Shown: piece by piece, positions 38,675 to 48,101 of the stretch
Layout: each line of letters opens with the position of its first letter
How positions within the stretch are numbered: position 1 is the stretch's first letter
From: Elusimicrobiota bacterium
Lineage (GTDB): Bacteria > Elusimicrobiota > Elusimicrobia > UBA1565 > UBA9628
Length of the DNA stretch: 50,812 bases
Assembly: GCA_027319565.1 (NCBI GenBank)
Contig: DAHVNA010000013.1
Location: forward strand, 1-50,812
Reading direction: 5' to 3'
The notes under the pieces: model-generated
Database searches by the model: none
What the model saw: the letters and a program-made list of their open reading frames with translations, nothing else
Told to the model about the DNA's origin: nothing
Translations under genes and position numbers: made by a program

Positions 38675-40786
38675 TTATGCCAAATCAATAAAGCTCCAGT
38701 GTTCTTGATAGAGATCTCTTAACCTCATCCGCAGCGACTCATGTTCAGGCAAGCGCAAAATCGGATCTTGGGATAAAATTTGTTCCGCGTCTTCGTGGGC
38801 TTCCTTTAGAATCTCTTGATCCTTCGATAAATCCGCCAAATGAAAGCCAAAATCGCCATGCTGCACCGTGCCGATAATTTCGCCCGATCCCCGCAAAGCC
38901 ATGTCCTCCTCGCTCAACCTAAAACCATCGTGACTTTCCAATAAAATCTCGATTCGCCTTTTACTTTCGGGAGTCTGGGGGTTTCCCACTAAATGGCATT
39001 CAGAATCTCCCGAACCACGCCCAATGCGGCCGCGCAATTGGTGAAGGCTGGCCAGACCAAAGCGCTCGGCGTTCTGAATCACCATAATCGAAGCGTTGGG
39101 AACATCAATTCCTATTTCAATGACCTGGGTCGCGATGAGAATCTTGATTTTACCGGAATTAAAATCTTCCATCACCTTGATTTTATCCGCGCTTTTAAGG
39201 GCGCCGTGAATGAGCCCGCAGGGGATATCGCTAAAAACGCCTTCGTTTAAGCGCTTAAATTCCGCCTTGGCCGATAAAAGGTCTTGTTTAGCCGACTCCT
39301 CAATGACCGGATACACGATATAGGCCTGGCGTCCTTTTTGAATTTCCCGGCGCACGGCCTCAAGAGCCTTGGCTTCCGAGGAAAAGAAGGTTTTGGGCGG
39401 TATCCTCCCGGGAGGCATCTGGTCGAGAGTGGAAACATCCAGATCTCCATAGAGAGCCAAGGCCAGCGTCCGTGGAATCGGGGTCGCCGTCATGACTAAA
39501 AGATCGATCAACCTCCCTTTTCGCTTCAGGGTCGCCCTTTGGCGCACGCCAAAACGATGCTGCTCGTCAACAACCGCCAAACGCAAATTTTTAAACACGA
39601 CATCGTCTTCAATTAAAGCGTGGGTCCCGACCACAATATCGACTTGTCCATTCTTGATTTTTCCCAGGGCTTCGTTTCTCTCCTTAGGTTTAAGCCGGGA
39701 AGTGAGAATCTGAATCTTGACCGGCAAACCTTGAAGCACCCGTGATAAAGTCGCGAAATGCTGCTCGGCGAGAATTTCGGAAGGCGCCATTAAAGCCGCC
39801 TGGGCTCCATTCTCGACAGCCAAAAGAATCGCGGAAATGGCGACCGCGGTTTTGCCCGATCCCACGTCTCCCTGCAAAAGCCGCGACATCGGAAAAGACT
39901 CCTGCATGTCGGAAAAAATCTCGTTGATGGCCCTTTTCTGAGCGGCGGTCAACTCAAAACCCAATTTATTTTTAAACGGAGTCAAAAGAGAGCGTTTAAT
40001 CTGATAAGTGAAATTCTTATCCGCCTCCCGCGTTTGCCGGCGCTTGATTTGCCAAGCGAGATTCAAAAAGAAAAGTTCTTCATAGACAAATCGGCGCCGC
40101 GCCTCTTCTAGTTCTAATCGAGACTGCGGAAAATGGATTCCCTTGACCGCTTGTTCCGGAACAAGAAGCTGGCGTTTGGCGGTAATTAAATGAGGGACAA
40201 ATTCGGGAACGTCCTTTGCGAATCCGGACAGCGCCTGCCATTCAATTTCCCGGAAAAATTTTTGCGTGAGGCCTTCGGTCAGCGGATAAACCGGGGTTAA
40301 GCGGTCGACATGAAGCCGGGAGCCTTCGTTTGGAAGATAATACTCTTCCACATGAACTTCGCATTTTCCGGAAACGGAGGTTTCAGCCCGTCCCACAACC
40401 CAAACATCCGCTCCGGGATAAATCTCTTTTTTAAGGGATTCCATCGCGTCAAAGCGCGGATTCTTGCGCCTAAACCAAACCGCGGACACCGTTCCGGCCC
40501 CAGTCGCGATTTCCGCTTTGAAAAGAGACAACCTCATTCCCGCGGAAAGAGAACGCGCGTGAACGACTCTCCCGAAAAACGCTTTCAGGGCGGGTTGTTC
40601 GGGAGGAGGAAAATTTTCCGCTGAATGGCGATCCTGCCAGTCTCTCGGGAAATGCCTCAATAAGTCTAAAAGACTTCTGATTCCCAGTTTTTCAAGAGTC
40701 TTGGCTCGGCTTTGTCCCACTCCCCTTAAGCTCGTAACGGATAATTCACTTGCAGTTTGGAAGTTGTTTTTAGTATCATTAACCAT
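38675..40786 (-). CDS. recG: ATP-dependent DNA helicase RecG
   Basis: RLLQGDVGSGKT, DEQHRFGV.QR, MTATPIPRTL, ERFGLASLHQLRGRIGRG, DGF.LSEED..LRG.GE. Confidence 0.96.
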   Translation of the reverse strand: MVNDTKNNFQTASELSVTSLRGVGQSRAKTLEKLGIRSLLDLLRHFPRDWQDRHSAENFPPPEQPALKAFFGRVVHARSLSAGMRLSLFKAEIATGAGTVSAVWFRRKNPRFDAMESLKKEIYPGADVWVVGRAETSVSGKCEVHVEEYYLPNEGSRLHVDRLTPVYPLTEGLTQKFFREIEWQALSGFAKDVPEFVPHLITAKRQLLVPEQAVKGIHFPQSRLELEEARRRFVYEELFFLNLAWQIKRRQTREADKNFTYQIKRSLLTPFKNKLGFELTAAQKRAINEIFSDMQESFPMSRLLQGDVGSGKTAVAISAILLAVENGAQAALMAPSEILAEQHFATLSRVLQGLPVKIQILTSRLKPKERNEALGKIKNGQVDIVVGTHALIEDDVVFKNLRLAVVDEQHRFGVRQRATLKRKGRLIDLLVMTATPIPRTLALALYGDLDVSTLDQMPPGRIPPKTFFSSEAKALEAVRREIQKGRQAYIVYPVIEESAKQDLLSAKAEFKRLNEGVFSDIPCGLIHGALKSADKIKVMEDFNSGKIKILIATQVIEIGIDVPNASIMVIQNAERFGLASLHQLRGRIGRGSGDSECHLVGNPQTPESKRRIEILLESHDGFRLSEEDMALRGSGEIIGTVQHGDFGFHLADLSKDQEILKEAHEDAEQILSQDPILRLPEHESLRMRLRDLYQEHWSFIDLA

Positions 40787-40984
40787 ATGGCTTTTAAATG
40801 CAGCATCTGCTCAAAGGGTCCGGTCACGGGCCGTTCTTATAGTCATTCTCATCGCGGAACCAAACGCGTTTTCCGCCCCAACCTCCAAAAACAAAAGGTG
40901 GTTTTGGACGGGAGATCTCAAACGACCTATGTTTGCACTCGTTGCATTCGCTCGGGAAAAGCCGTTCGTCCCGTGAATGCCTAA
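40787..40984 (+). CDS. rpmB: 50S ribosomal protein L28 (zinc-binding type)
   Basis: MAFKCSICSKGP..G...SHSH..TKR.F.PNLQ...VCTRCIRSG. Start is ATG 40787. Confidence 0.95.
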   Translation: MAFKCSICSKGPVTGRSYSHSHRGTKRVFRPNLQKQKVVLDGRSQTTYVCTRCIRSGKAVRPVNA

Positions 40985-42476
40985 GCGCGGGTTAATCCCG
41001 GACGCTTATTCCATATTACTCAATCTAAAACCGCAAATAAAAGTCTCGCTTTTTTATTTCCTTATTTTTATCGCCGCTCTGCCGGCTTTTCTAATTCCAA
41101 TTAGAAACCCCGATTTGTTTTGGGGGTTTTCCGCCGCGCGCTGGATGCTGATAAGTCACGCGTTTCCGCGCTTTGATTTTTTGTCTTGGAGTAAACCCCA
41201 TGCGCCATGGATTGATTTTGAATGGCTGTCTCAATTAATATTCTTGGGCCTCTATAAAATCGGCGGATGGACCGCTCTGCTTGTATTTAAATCGCTGCTT
41301 CTCTTTTTAGCCTGGATTCCCATTGAAATCGGGCTCCGCCAAAAGCGCCTTGAAACAAGCCTGATCCTAGGCGCCTTTTTATTATGGGCGGCGACCTCAA
41401 TATCCCATTCCGATCTCAGGCCCGAATTGTTTTCGCTTATTTTCTTTGCCTGGGCTCTCCTGGCCCTTGAAATAGACCGACAAAACCCCATTCTTTTAAA
41501 CTCAAAAATCTCCTGGGGCTTCTTTGGAGTTTTTATCTTATGGTCGAATCTCCACGCAGGCTTTATTTTTGGAGAAGCCCTGATTTTGATTTACGCTTTT
41601 TTCCGCCTTTTATACCGGGAAATTCCTGAACTCAAAAAAACCCTCCTGTGGGGCACTTCCGCTTTTTTAGGGACCCTGATCAATCCTTATGGAATGGGGC
41701 CTTATCAAGTGGCGTTTATCCACTTAAAAGAAAATAACGCTCTTAACTCCATCGCCGAATGGAAAGCTTTTAATTTCCTCCCTCCAAGCCATTGGCCAAC
41801 CGATGCGGTGTTTCTCTTATTGTTATTGGCCTTGGCAATGACCCTGGCGCTCAAACCAAATCACATAGAACTCAAAAAAAATAGCCCGATTTTCTGCCTA
41901 GTCTTGTTTCTATCCCTGGCCGCCTTGGCACACCGCAGAATCGCCCCTTATTTTGTCATCGCCTTTTTGATGGCCGGCGGATCTTGGCTCAAGGAAATAC
42001 GGGTTAAGGAAAAATACTCGCTCAACGGCTCGTTTATCATCGCCTTGGGCTCCATCTTTTTTATCTGGAGTTTTTGGACGCCCTCCATTCAAAATTTGCC
42101 TTTTGATGGACGCCTTTTCCCGGAAAAAGCGGCGGATTTTATCTCTCAACGTGATTCTTTATCTCAACTCCGCTTTTACAACCCCTGGGAATGGGGGGGA
42201 TATCTCGCTTGGAAATTACGGCCTCGGTTTAAAGTCTATTGCGATGGAAGGTATATCTTTCACGATCTTTTACTCGCGCAAAAAAAAGCCCTCTCAAGCC
42301 CCTCCAATTGGGCAAAATTTCTAGACTCTCAAAAAATCGACGCGGCCTTAATCCCGCATTTAAAACAACCCTTGTCCTGGTATTCCCTTTTAATGCCGAA
42401 ATCCAAATGGGCTCTTGTCTATGAGGACCCCACCGCTTTATTGTTTATCCGGAAAAACTACGCCTCAAGCCCGTGA
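40977..42476 (+). CDS. Polytopic membrane protein, possible GT-C-fold glycosyltransferase
   Basis: About 11-12 hydrophobic segments; PDLFW, W...EWLSQ, RPELFS, W.NLHAGF, INPYG, WGGYL.W, DGR. Confidence 0.65.
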   Translation: MPKRGLIPDAYSILLNLKPQIKVSLFYFLIFIAALPAFLIPIRNPDLFWGFSAARWMLISHAFPRFDFLSWSKPHAPWIDFEWLSQLIFLGLYKIGGWTALLVFKSLLLFLAWIPIEIGLRQKRLETSLILGAFLLWAATSISHSDLRPELFSLIFFAWALLALEIDRQNPILLNSKISWGFFGVFILWSNLHAGFIFGEALILIYAFFRLLYREIPELKKTLLWGTSAFLGTLINPYGMGPYQVAFIHLKENNALNSIAEWKAFNFLPPSHWPTDAVFLLLLLALAMTLALKPNHIELKKNSPIFCLVLFLSLAALAHRRIAPYFVIAFLMAGGSWLKEIRVKEKYSLNGSFIIALGSIFFIWSFWTPSIQNLPFDGRLFPEKAADFISQRDSLSQLRFYNPWEWGGYLAWKLRPRFKVYCDGRYIFHDLLLAQKKALSSPSNWAKFLDSQKIDAALIPHLKQPLSWYSLLMPKSKWALVYEDPTALLFIRKNYASSP

Positions 42477-43900
42477 TCTCTCAGATAGCGGCGAATGCGG
42501 GATCTGGCGCGCGCGGTGCGGACAATCTGAAGCCAATCTTTTTTGGGATTTGAGTTTTTCCGGGTTAAAACCTGGCAGATATCTCCCGATTGGAGTTCGT
42601 AGTCCAGTTTAACCATTTTATTATTGACAATCGCCCCGATGCAGGAATATCCGATTTCGGTGTGAACGGCAAAGGCAAAATCAAGAGGAGTCGCCCCCGC
42701 GGGGAGCACCTTGACTTCTCCGTTCGGGGTAAAAACAAACACCTGATGAAGAGTCAAATCCGTCGCCAAACTTTCCAAAAACTCTCGGGGACTTTTTAAA
42801 TCCTGAAGCCATTCAATCCATTGGCGCAGCCAATTAAGCTTCTCTTCCAGATGGAGATCTTCCTTGCCGTCTCCGGTCTTGTACCTCCAGTGCGCCGCGA
42901 TTCCATACTCGCAAGTGCGGTTCATTTCTTCGGTCCGTATTTGAACTTCAATCAAGGCTCCTTGCGGACCCATCACGGTCGTGTGAAGGCTTTGGTAGAG
43001 ATTAATTTTAGGCAAAGAGATGTAATCGGTGAAAGTTCCGGCCAGCGGCTTAAAGCGGGAGTGGACAATGCCTAAAAGGGCGTAGCAGTGGGACACCGTA
43101 TCGGTGATAATCCGAACTCCCAATGCGTCTTGTATTTCCTCAAAGGGCTTTGCTTGTCTGAGCATTTTCTGATAGATCGAATAGATGCTTTTGGTCCGGG
43201 TCGAAATACGGTGCGGTATTTGAGAAGAAGCCAGCGCCGCTTCCAAGGCCTTGGTAAACTCCGCCAGGGTTTTTTCCTTTTCGGCGACTCTCATCTCCAA
43301 TTTTTGGCTCAGGGATTGGTATTCCTTGGGTTCTAAAACCGCAAAGGCCAAATCTTCAAGCTCGCTTTTAATTTCAAACATTCCCAAACGATGGGCCAAC
43401 GGCGCGTAAAGGGAAATCGTTTCTTCGGCGATCCGTTTTTGCCTCTCGGCGTCAAGAAAATTAATCGTCTTCATGTTATGAAGGCGATCCGCCAATTTAA
43501 TGATGATCACCCGAATATCCTGGGCCGTCGCTAAAAGCATTTTCCGCCAATTGGCCGCCTGCGCGTCGTCTCGGGACTGGAATTGAAGGTGATCAAGTTT
43601 AGTCATCCCCAAGACTAACTTCGTAATTTCATCCCCAAATTCCTGGCGCAAGACGTCTTCTTTGACGGGAGTGTCCTCGATGACGTCATGGAGAAGCCCG
43701 GCGCAGATAGTGGGTAAATCCATTTTCCAATCCACCAAGGATGAAGCGACGGCATGGCAATGGACAAAATAATGCTCGCCGCTGGCGCGAGCCTGTTTTG
43801 AATGAGCCTTCTCGGAAAACTCGTAGGCCTTTGATATCAAAACGGCGTCGATAGCCGGCTCATATGAATGAAAGCGGTCGATAATTTCTTCTTTGTTCAC
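42458..43900 (-). CDS. rel: RelA/SpoT homolog (HD + synthetase + TGS), C-terminally shortened
   Basis: Q.RASGE.Y..H, LLHDVIEDT, IKLADRLHNM, R.KSIYSI, YQSLHT, EVQIRT, GIAAHW.YK, TGS (ATPLDFAF.VHT.IG). Confidence 0.93.
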   Translation of the reverse strand: MNKEEIIDRFHSYEPAIDAVLISKAYEFSEKAHSKQARASGEHYFVHCHAVASSLVDWKMDLPTICAGLLHDVIEDTPVKEDVLRQEFGDEITKLVLGMTKLDHLQFQSRDDAQAANWRKMLLATAQDIRVIIIKLADRLHNMKTINFLDAERQKRIAEETISLYAPLAHRLGMFEIKSELEDLAFAVLEPKEYQSLSQKLEMRVAEKEKTLAEFTKALEAALASSQIPHRISTRTKSIYSIYQKMLRQAKPFEEIQDALGVRIITDTVSHCYALLGIVHSRFKPLAGTFTDYISLPKINLYQSLHTTVMGPQGALIEVQIRTEEMNRTCEYGIAAHWRYKTGDGKEDLHLEEKLNWLRQWIEWLQDLKSPREFLESLATDLTLHQVFVFTPNGEVKVLPAGATPLDFAFAVHTEIGYSCIGAIVNNKMVKLDYELQSGDICQVLTRKNSNPKKDWLQIVRTARARSRIRRYLRDHGLEA

Positions 43901-43930
43901 TTAAAGCTCGCTTGAGGCGCAATATAAAAA

Positions 43931-43940
43931 ATGCTACAAT
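43931..43940. promoter_or_regulatory. Overlapping bidirectional -10 elements (rel / DUF167)
   Basis: ATGCTACAAT gives TAGCAT on - (43931-43936) and TACAAT with extended TG on + (43935-43940). Confidence 0.5.
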
Positions 43941-43976
43941 AACTGAAGGTATAAATCCTAGGAAGGGAGGACATTC

Positions 43977-44240
43977 ATGATCGTAAAAGTTCGTGTCATC
44001 CCAAACGCTCCGGAAAACGAAGTCGTCAGCCGTATCGGAAGCGTTTTGAGAGTTAAGGTCGCCGCCCCCGCCATTGATAAGAAATCAAATGCGGCTCTTA
44101 AGGATTACCTGGCTGAATTCTTCGAGGTTCCCAATAAAAAAGTCAACATTCTGCGCGGAGCCAACGGCCGGGAAAAAACTGTCGAAATAGTCGGTAAAAC
44201 AGAAGAACAACTCAAACGGGTCATGGAATCTATTCCCTGA
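43977..44240 (+). CDS. DUF167 (YggU/UPF0235) protein
   Basis: VRVIPNA, L.VKVAAPA...K.N, LA..F.VP...V.I..G...REK; strong SD. Confidence 0.88.
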   Translation: MIVKVRVIPNAPENEVVSRIGSVLRVKVAAPAIDKKSNAALKDYLAEFFEVPNKKVNILRGANGREKTVEIVGKTEEQLKRVMESIP

Positions 44241-44254
44241 TTTTCCGTTTGCAT

Positions 44255-44309
44255 GGGTTCACCCGCGGCGCGCGCTTTTTTAAGTCAAGCGAGAACCGCG
44301 GGTGAATCT
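44255..44309. other. Long interrupted intergenic hairpin
   Basis: TTCACCCGCGG (44258-68) pairs with CCGCGGGTGAA (44296-306); inner stem CGCTT/AAGCG. Confidence 0.65.
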
Positions 44310-44327
44310 TTATAAAAGGATACTCCG

Positions 44328-45782
44328 ATGTTGAACACGCTTTTAGTTTCAAAGAAAACAAAAATTTTAGCCACGGTAGGCCCCGCATCCTCAAGCGTGG
44401 AGATGATGGAAAAACTCCTAAGATCGGGCGCTAACGCTTTTCGCCTCAACTGCTCCCACGCTCCGATGGAAAAACTCGCGCCTTTGGTCAATCAAATCAG
44501 GGCCGCCTCCGAAAAAACCCAGATCCCTTGTTCCATTGTGATGGACCTTCAAGGGCCTCGCCTTCGAATAGGAAATCTAGAGGGGGGAAAGCCTATTTCC
44601 TTGGTTCCGGGAGCCAAGATTCGGATTACCACAAGGTCCATTCTCGGAACGGCTTCGGAAGTCCCGACTGATTTCAAAAAACTTCCTCAGTCGGTTTCTC
44701 TTAAGTCCAAAATTTTATTAGATGACGGGTCCAAAGTTTTACAGGTCGTTAAAAAAGGCGATCATTTTGTCGACTGTAAAGTCATTGTTGGCGGAATGCT
44801 CTCCGAACACAAAGGAATGAATCTCCCGGGAGCCGATATCGATCTTCCCGCTTTAACCCGCAAAGATATCGAAGATTTAAAAGTGGGAATTAAAATGGGT
44901 ATTAGCCATGTCGCCCTTTCCTTTGTCCGAAGACCCGAGGATGTGATGATGGCTCGAAAAATCATCGAGGCCGCGAATTCCCATATGAATATCATCGCAA
45001 AAATCGAACATCCTCTTGGCATCCAAAATCTAGACTCGATACTCAAGTTGTCAGATGGAATCATGGTCGCTCGAGGGGATCTGGCGGTAGAATTATCTCC
45101 GGCGGAAGTTCCCAATCTTCAAAAGCAGATGATCAAAAAAGCCAATGAAATGGGAAAGCTTGGAATTGTGGCCACCCAAATGCTTGAATCCATGATTTCA
45201 AAATCGACCCCGACAAGGGCCGAGGCCTCGGATGTCGCAAACGCCATCTATGACGGCGCTGATGTCGTCATGCTTTCGGCGGAAACCGCCGTCGGTAAAT
45301 ATCCGGTGGAAGCGGTCTCAATCATGACCGACATTATCCAAAAAGCCGAGAATTCGCCGTTTCGCTACAATAATATCCCGCATGGAATCAACGATAATTC
45401 TAAAACCGGGTTTGCCAACGCCTTGGCCCGGTCGGCCCATGACGCCTGCGATGTAACCGGGGCTGATGCGGTGATCGTCTATACAATGACCGGATGGTCG
45501 GCCAAGGTCATGTCCAAATATAGGCCCAATGCGCCGATCTACGCTTTAACGCCTCTTCAAGCGACGTTCAATCAACTCGCGCTTTATTGGGGCATTACCC
45601 CGGTGATTTCTCCCTTGGGAAGTTCCACTGATCAGATGCTCTCAACGGGAGAGCGAAATCTGCTTAAAAGAGGCTTGATCAAAAAAGGACAGACCGCTCT
45701 CATCACCGCCGGTGGCACCGCCAAACACAAAGCCTCTAATATGCTTAAAATCATGGTGATCGGCTCTCATACCTATCGGTGA
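44328..45782 (+). CDS. pyk: Pyruvate kinase
   Basis: TKILATVGPAS, RLN.SH, DLQGP, IIAKIE, DGIMVARGDL, ATQMLESM, PTRAE.SDVANA, MLSAETA. Confidence 0.97.
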   Translation: MLNTLLVSKKTKILATVGPASSSVEMMEKLLRSGANAFRLNCSHAPMEKLAPLVNQIRAASEKTQIPCSIVMDLQGPRLRIGNLEGGKPISLVPGAKIRITTRSILGTASEVPTDFKKLPQSVSLKSKILLDDGSKVLQVVKKGDHFVDCKVIVGGMLSEHKGMNLPGADIDLPALTRKDIEDLKVGIKMGISHVALSFVRRPEDVMMARKIIEAANSHMNIIAKIEHPLGIQNLDSILKLSDGIMVARGDLAVELSPAEVPNLQKQMIKKANEMGKLGIVATQMLESMISKSTPTRAEASDVANAIYDGADVVMLSAETAVGKYPVEAVSIMTDIIQKAENSPFRYNNIPHGINDNSKTGFANALARSAHDACDVTGADAVIVYTMTGWSAKVMSKYRPNAPIYALTPLQATFNQLALYWGITPVISPLGSSTDQMLSTGERNLLKRGLIKKGQTALITAGGTAKHKASNMLKIMVIGSHTYR

Positions 45783-46126
45783 AAAAATATTCAAACTCTC
45801 AGTCGCATAAGCCACAATTTTGCCTGGCATTGACTACGGTCTCAAAAAATTCGGAAGCCCGAAGATTATCTCAAGCCTTAGTCAAAGAAAAACTAGCCGC
45901 CTGCGTCTCTTTAATCCCCATCTCGGCGTCTTTTTATTTTTGGAAAAACCGCGCGCGATCGGAAAAAGAGATTCTTCTATTGATTAAAACCCGCTCCGCT
46001 TTAATTCCACGCCTCAAAAAATGGATACTCCATCACCATAGTTATGAACTTCCGGAATTTTTGACTCTTGATATTCAAGACGGACATTCTTCTTATCTTC
46101 ATTGGATCAGGGAAAATACCAAATAA
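45779..46126 (+). CDS. cutA: Divalent-cation tolerance protein CutA
   Basis: LV.EKLAACV, S.Y.W, E.LLLIKT, HSYELPE, YL.WI. Confidence 0.9.
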   Translation: MKKYSNSQSHKPQFCLALTTVSKNSEARRLSQALVKEKLAACVSLIPISASFYFWKNRARSEKEILLLIKTRSALIPRLKKWILHHHSYELPEFLTLDIQDGHSSYLHWIRENTK

Positions 46127-46725
46127 TGCGTCTACCAAAGCCGCTCATTTTAGCCTCCTCCTCTCCCCAACGCAAAAAACTTCTCTCTAAACTAAAAATC
46201 CCGTTTAAAATTATTCCCAGCCATGTCTCGGAAAATACCCGCGAGAAAAACCCCCGAAAAATGGTTATTCAACTGGCGGTCAAAAAAGCGCTATTTGTGG
46301 CCAAAAGAAACAAAGAATCTTGGGTTTTAGGAGCCGACACCACAGTTGTGTCAAGAAGAAAGATTATCGGAAAACCGAGAAACGCCAAAGACTCAAGGCG
46401 CATCCTTGAATTTCTCAACGGGCAAAAGCACAAGGTCTATACCGGGGCGGCTCTCGTTACCAACGGCGGGAAAACGATTTTTAAAACCGCCTCGGTCACT
46501 AGTCTTAAGGCCAAGAAATTGGGGGAAAAAGAGTTGTCCTCTTTAGCCGGAAAGCACTTGGATAAAGCCGGCTCTTACGCCGTTCAAGACCGAGACGATC
46601 CCTTTATCGAATCCATTGACGGCCCCTTGGACAACGTCATCGGGCTTCACCTGGACGCGGTCAAATCTCTATTCGCGAAAGCTCAAAGCGCCTACGCCTC
46701 TCGCGCTTCCGGCAAAATAAAGTAA
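46126..46725 (+). CDS. maf: Maf-family nucleotide pyrophosphatase
   Basis: LILASSSP.R, GADT.V, GKP, H.VYTG, DKAGSY..Q, NVIGL. ATG 46126. Confidence 0.92.
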   Translation: MRLPKPLILASSSPQRKKLLSKLKIPFKIIPSHVSENTREKNPRKMVIQLAVKKALFVAKRNKESWVLGADTTVVSRRKIIGKPRNAKDSRRILEFLNGQKHKVYTGAALVTNGGKTIFKTASVTSLKAKKLGEKELSSLAGKHLDKAGSYAVQDRDDPFIESIDGPLDNVIGLHLDAVKSLFAKAQSAYASRASGKIK

Positions 46726-48101
46726 AAGCAGGCTCCTCTAGGCTTTGCGTCCTCGATACCAATGATTCCACCATGCCTTAAAATCACCTTTTCACATAAG
46801 GCAAGCCCCAAGCCGACGTTGCCGATATGACGTTTAATCTCTTTTTGAAAGAATTTTTTGAAAATATCCTTTCTGGCCTCCTTGGGAATTCCGGGACCGG
46901 AATCTAAGACGCTGACTCGAACGCCTTCATGCGTTTTTGAAATGGAAAGTTGGATAGCCCCTCCTTGCGGGGTGTGTTCAATGGCGTTATAGATCAGATT
47001 ATCAAGCACCCTTCTGAGCAAGATCGGATCTCCCAAAACGGGCGGGTAGGCCTTGGCTATCGGCTCAACTGAAATCGTCTGGCCCCGGGATTTAGCCACT
47101 AAATCAAAATCTCTTTGAGCGGAAACAATCATCGCTCCCAAATCGACAAAAGAGGCGTCTTGGGAATAAGACTTTTCCTCCATTTTAGCCAGCTGCAAAA
47201 CGTCTTCCACCATCCGATGGAGGCGTTCCATGGAAGATTGGACCATCCTAAAAGTTTTCTCGAGAATGAGCCAGTCTTGGCGCGGTAATTTCTCTGAGAC
47301 CTCTTCATCAATAAAGGAAATTCCGGCTCGAATGACCGTGATCGGACTTTTAAAATCATGAACCAACATCGCCGCCAGTTCCGCTTTTTCCGCCTCCAAC
47401 TCGGCGCGGCGGCGAATTTCTTTTTTCAAAGAGTGCCCCAAGGAATTAAAAGCCTCGGTTAATCGCCATGCCTCGTCTTTTATTTTTCCGTCTAGTTTAA
47501 TGGGCTTAAAGTTTTCCGGGTCTTTCGCCAAGGATTCAATCCGAGGAACCAAGCGCTCAAGGCGAAAACCGAGCCATGTCCCCATAAGCCAAGCGCTGAG
47601 GATAATGGCCAAAAAAGCCATGACCCCAGAGGCAATCGCTTGGACCTGTATGCGGCTTAAGCTATTTTCCACAGAATCGGTATGAAAGGAGACCAATAGC
47701 TTGCCCCAGCGCCCCCGAGGGAGTCTAAAAGGAGATTCTAAATCATAAAAACCGTCCGAACATTTGGCCATGGAAAGACCGGGGTGGGGGAGACGTTTAA
47801 TCCACATCATCTGATCGGACCTGCGCAATAAATATTTTCCGCGATTATCCAAAATAGAAATCGAGGCAATGCCTGTCTGGCGAATCATATCTCCGAGGTA
47901 TTTCTCGACCTGACGCCAATGTCCGCGCGCCGCGTCTTTATTAATGAGGACCTCAATAGCTTTCTGTTCGGATTTAGCCATATTCTCGGCCAATAGAAAG
48001 GATTCACGTTTGACCGACAAGACGTAAAGATATTGAAAACCGGCGGCCAGAATGAGGCCGTAAAGCGAAAAGACAAGGACTAAGCGAACGCTGAGACTCA
48101 T
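46692..48101 (-). CDS. Membrane sensor histidine kinase (2 TM, HAMP-like, HisKA, HATPase)
   Basis: H-box VHDFKSPIT, N-box NLIYNAIEH, DSGPGI, F-box, GLGLA. Confidence 0.92.
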   Translation of the reverse strand: MSLSVRLVLVFSLYGLILAAGFQYLYVLSVKRESFLLAENMAKSEQKAIEVLINKDAARGHWRQVEKYLGDMIRQTGIASISILDNRGKYLLRRSDQMMWIKRLPHPGLSMAKCSDGFYDLESPFRLPRGRWGKLLVSFHTDSVENSLSRIQVQAIASGVMAFLAIILSAWLMGTWLGFRLERLVPRIESLAKDPENFKPIKLDGKIKDEAWRLTEAFNSLGHSLKKEIRRRAELEAEKAELAAMLVHDFKSPITVIRAGISFIDEEVSEKLPRQDWLILEKTFRMVQSSMERLHRMVEDVLQLAKMEEKSYSQDASFVDLGAMIVSAQRDFDLVAKSRGQTISVEPIAKAYPPVLGDPILLRRVLDNLIYNAIEHTPQGGAIQLSISKTHEGVRVSVLDSGPGIPKEARKDIFKKFFQKEIKRHIGNVGLGLALCEKVILRHGGIIGIEDAKPRGACFYFILPEAREA

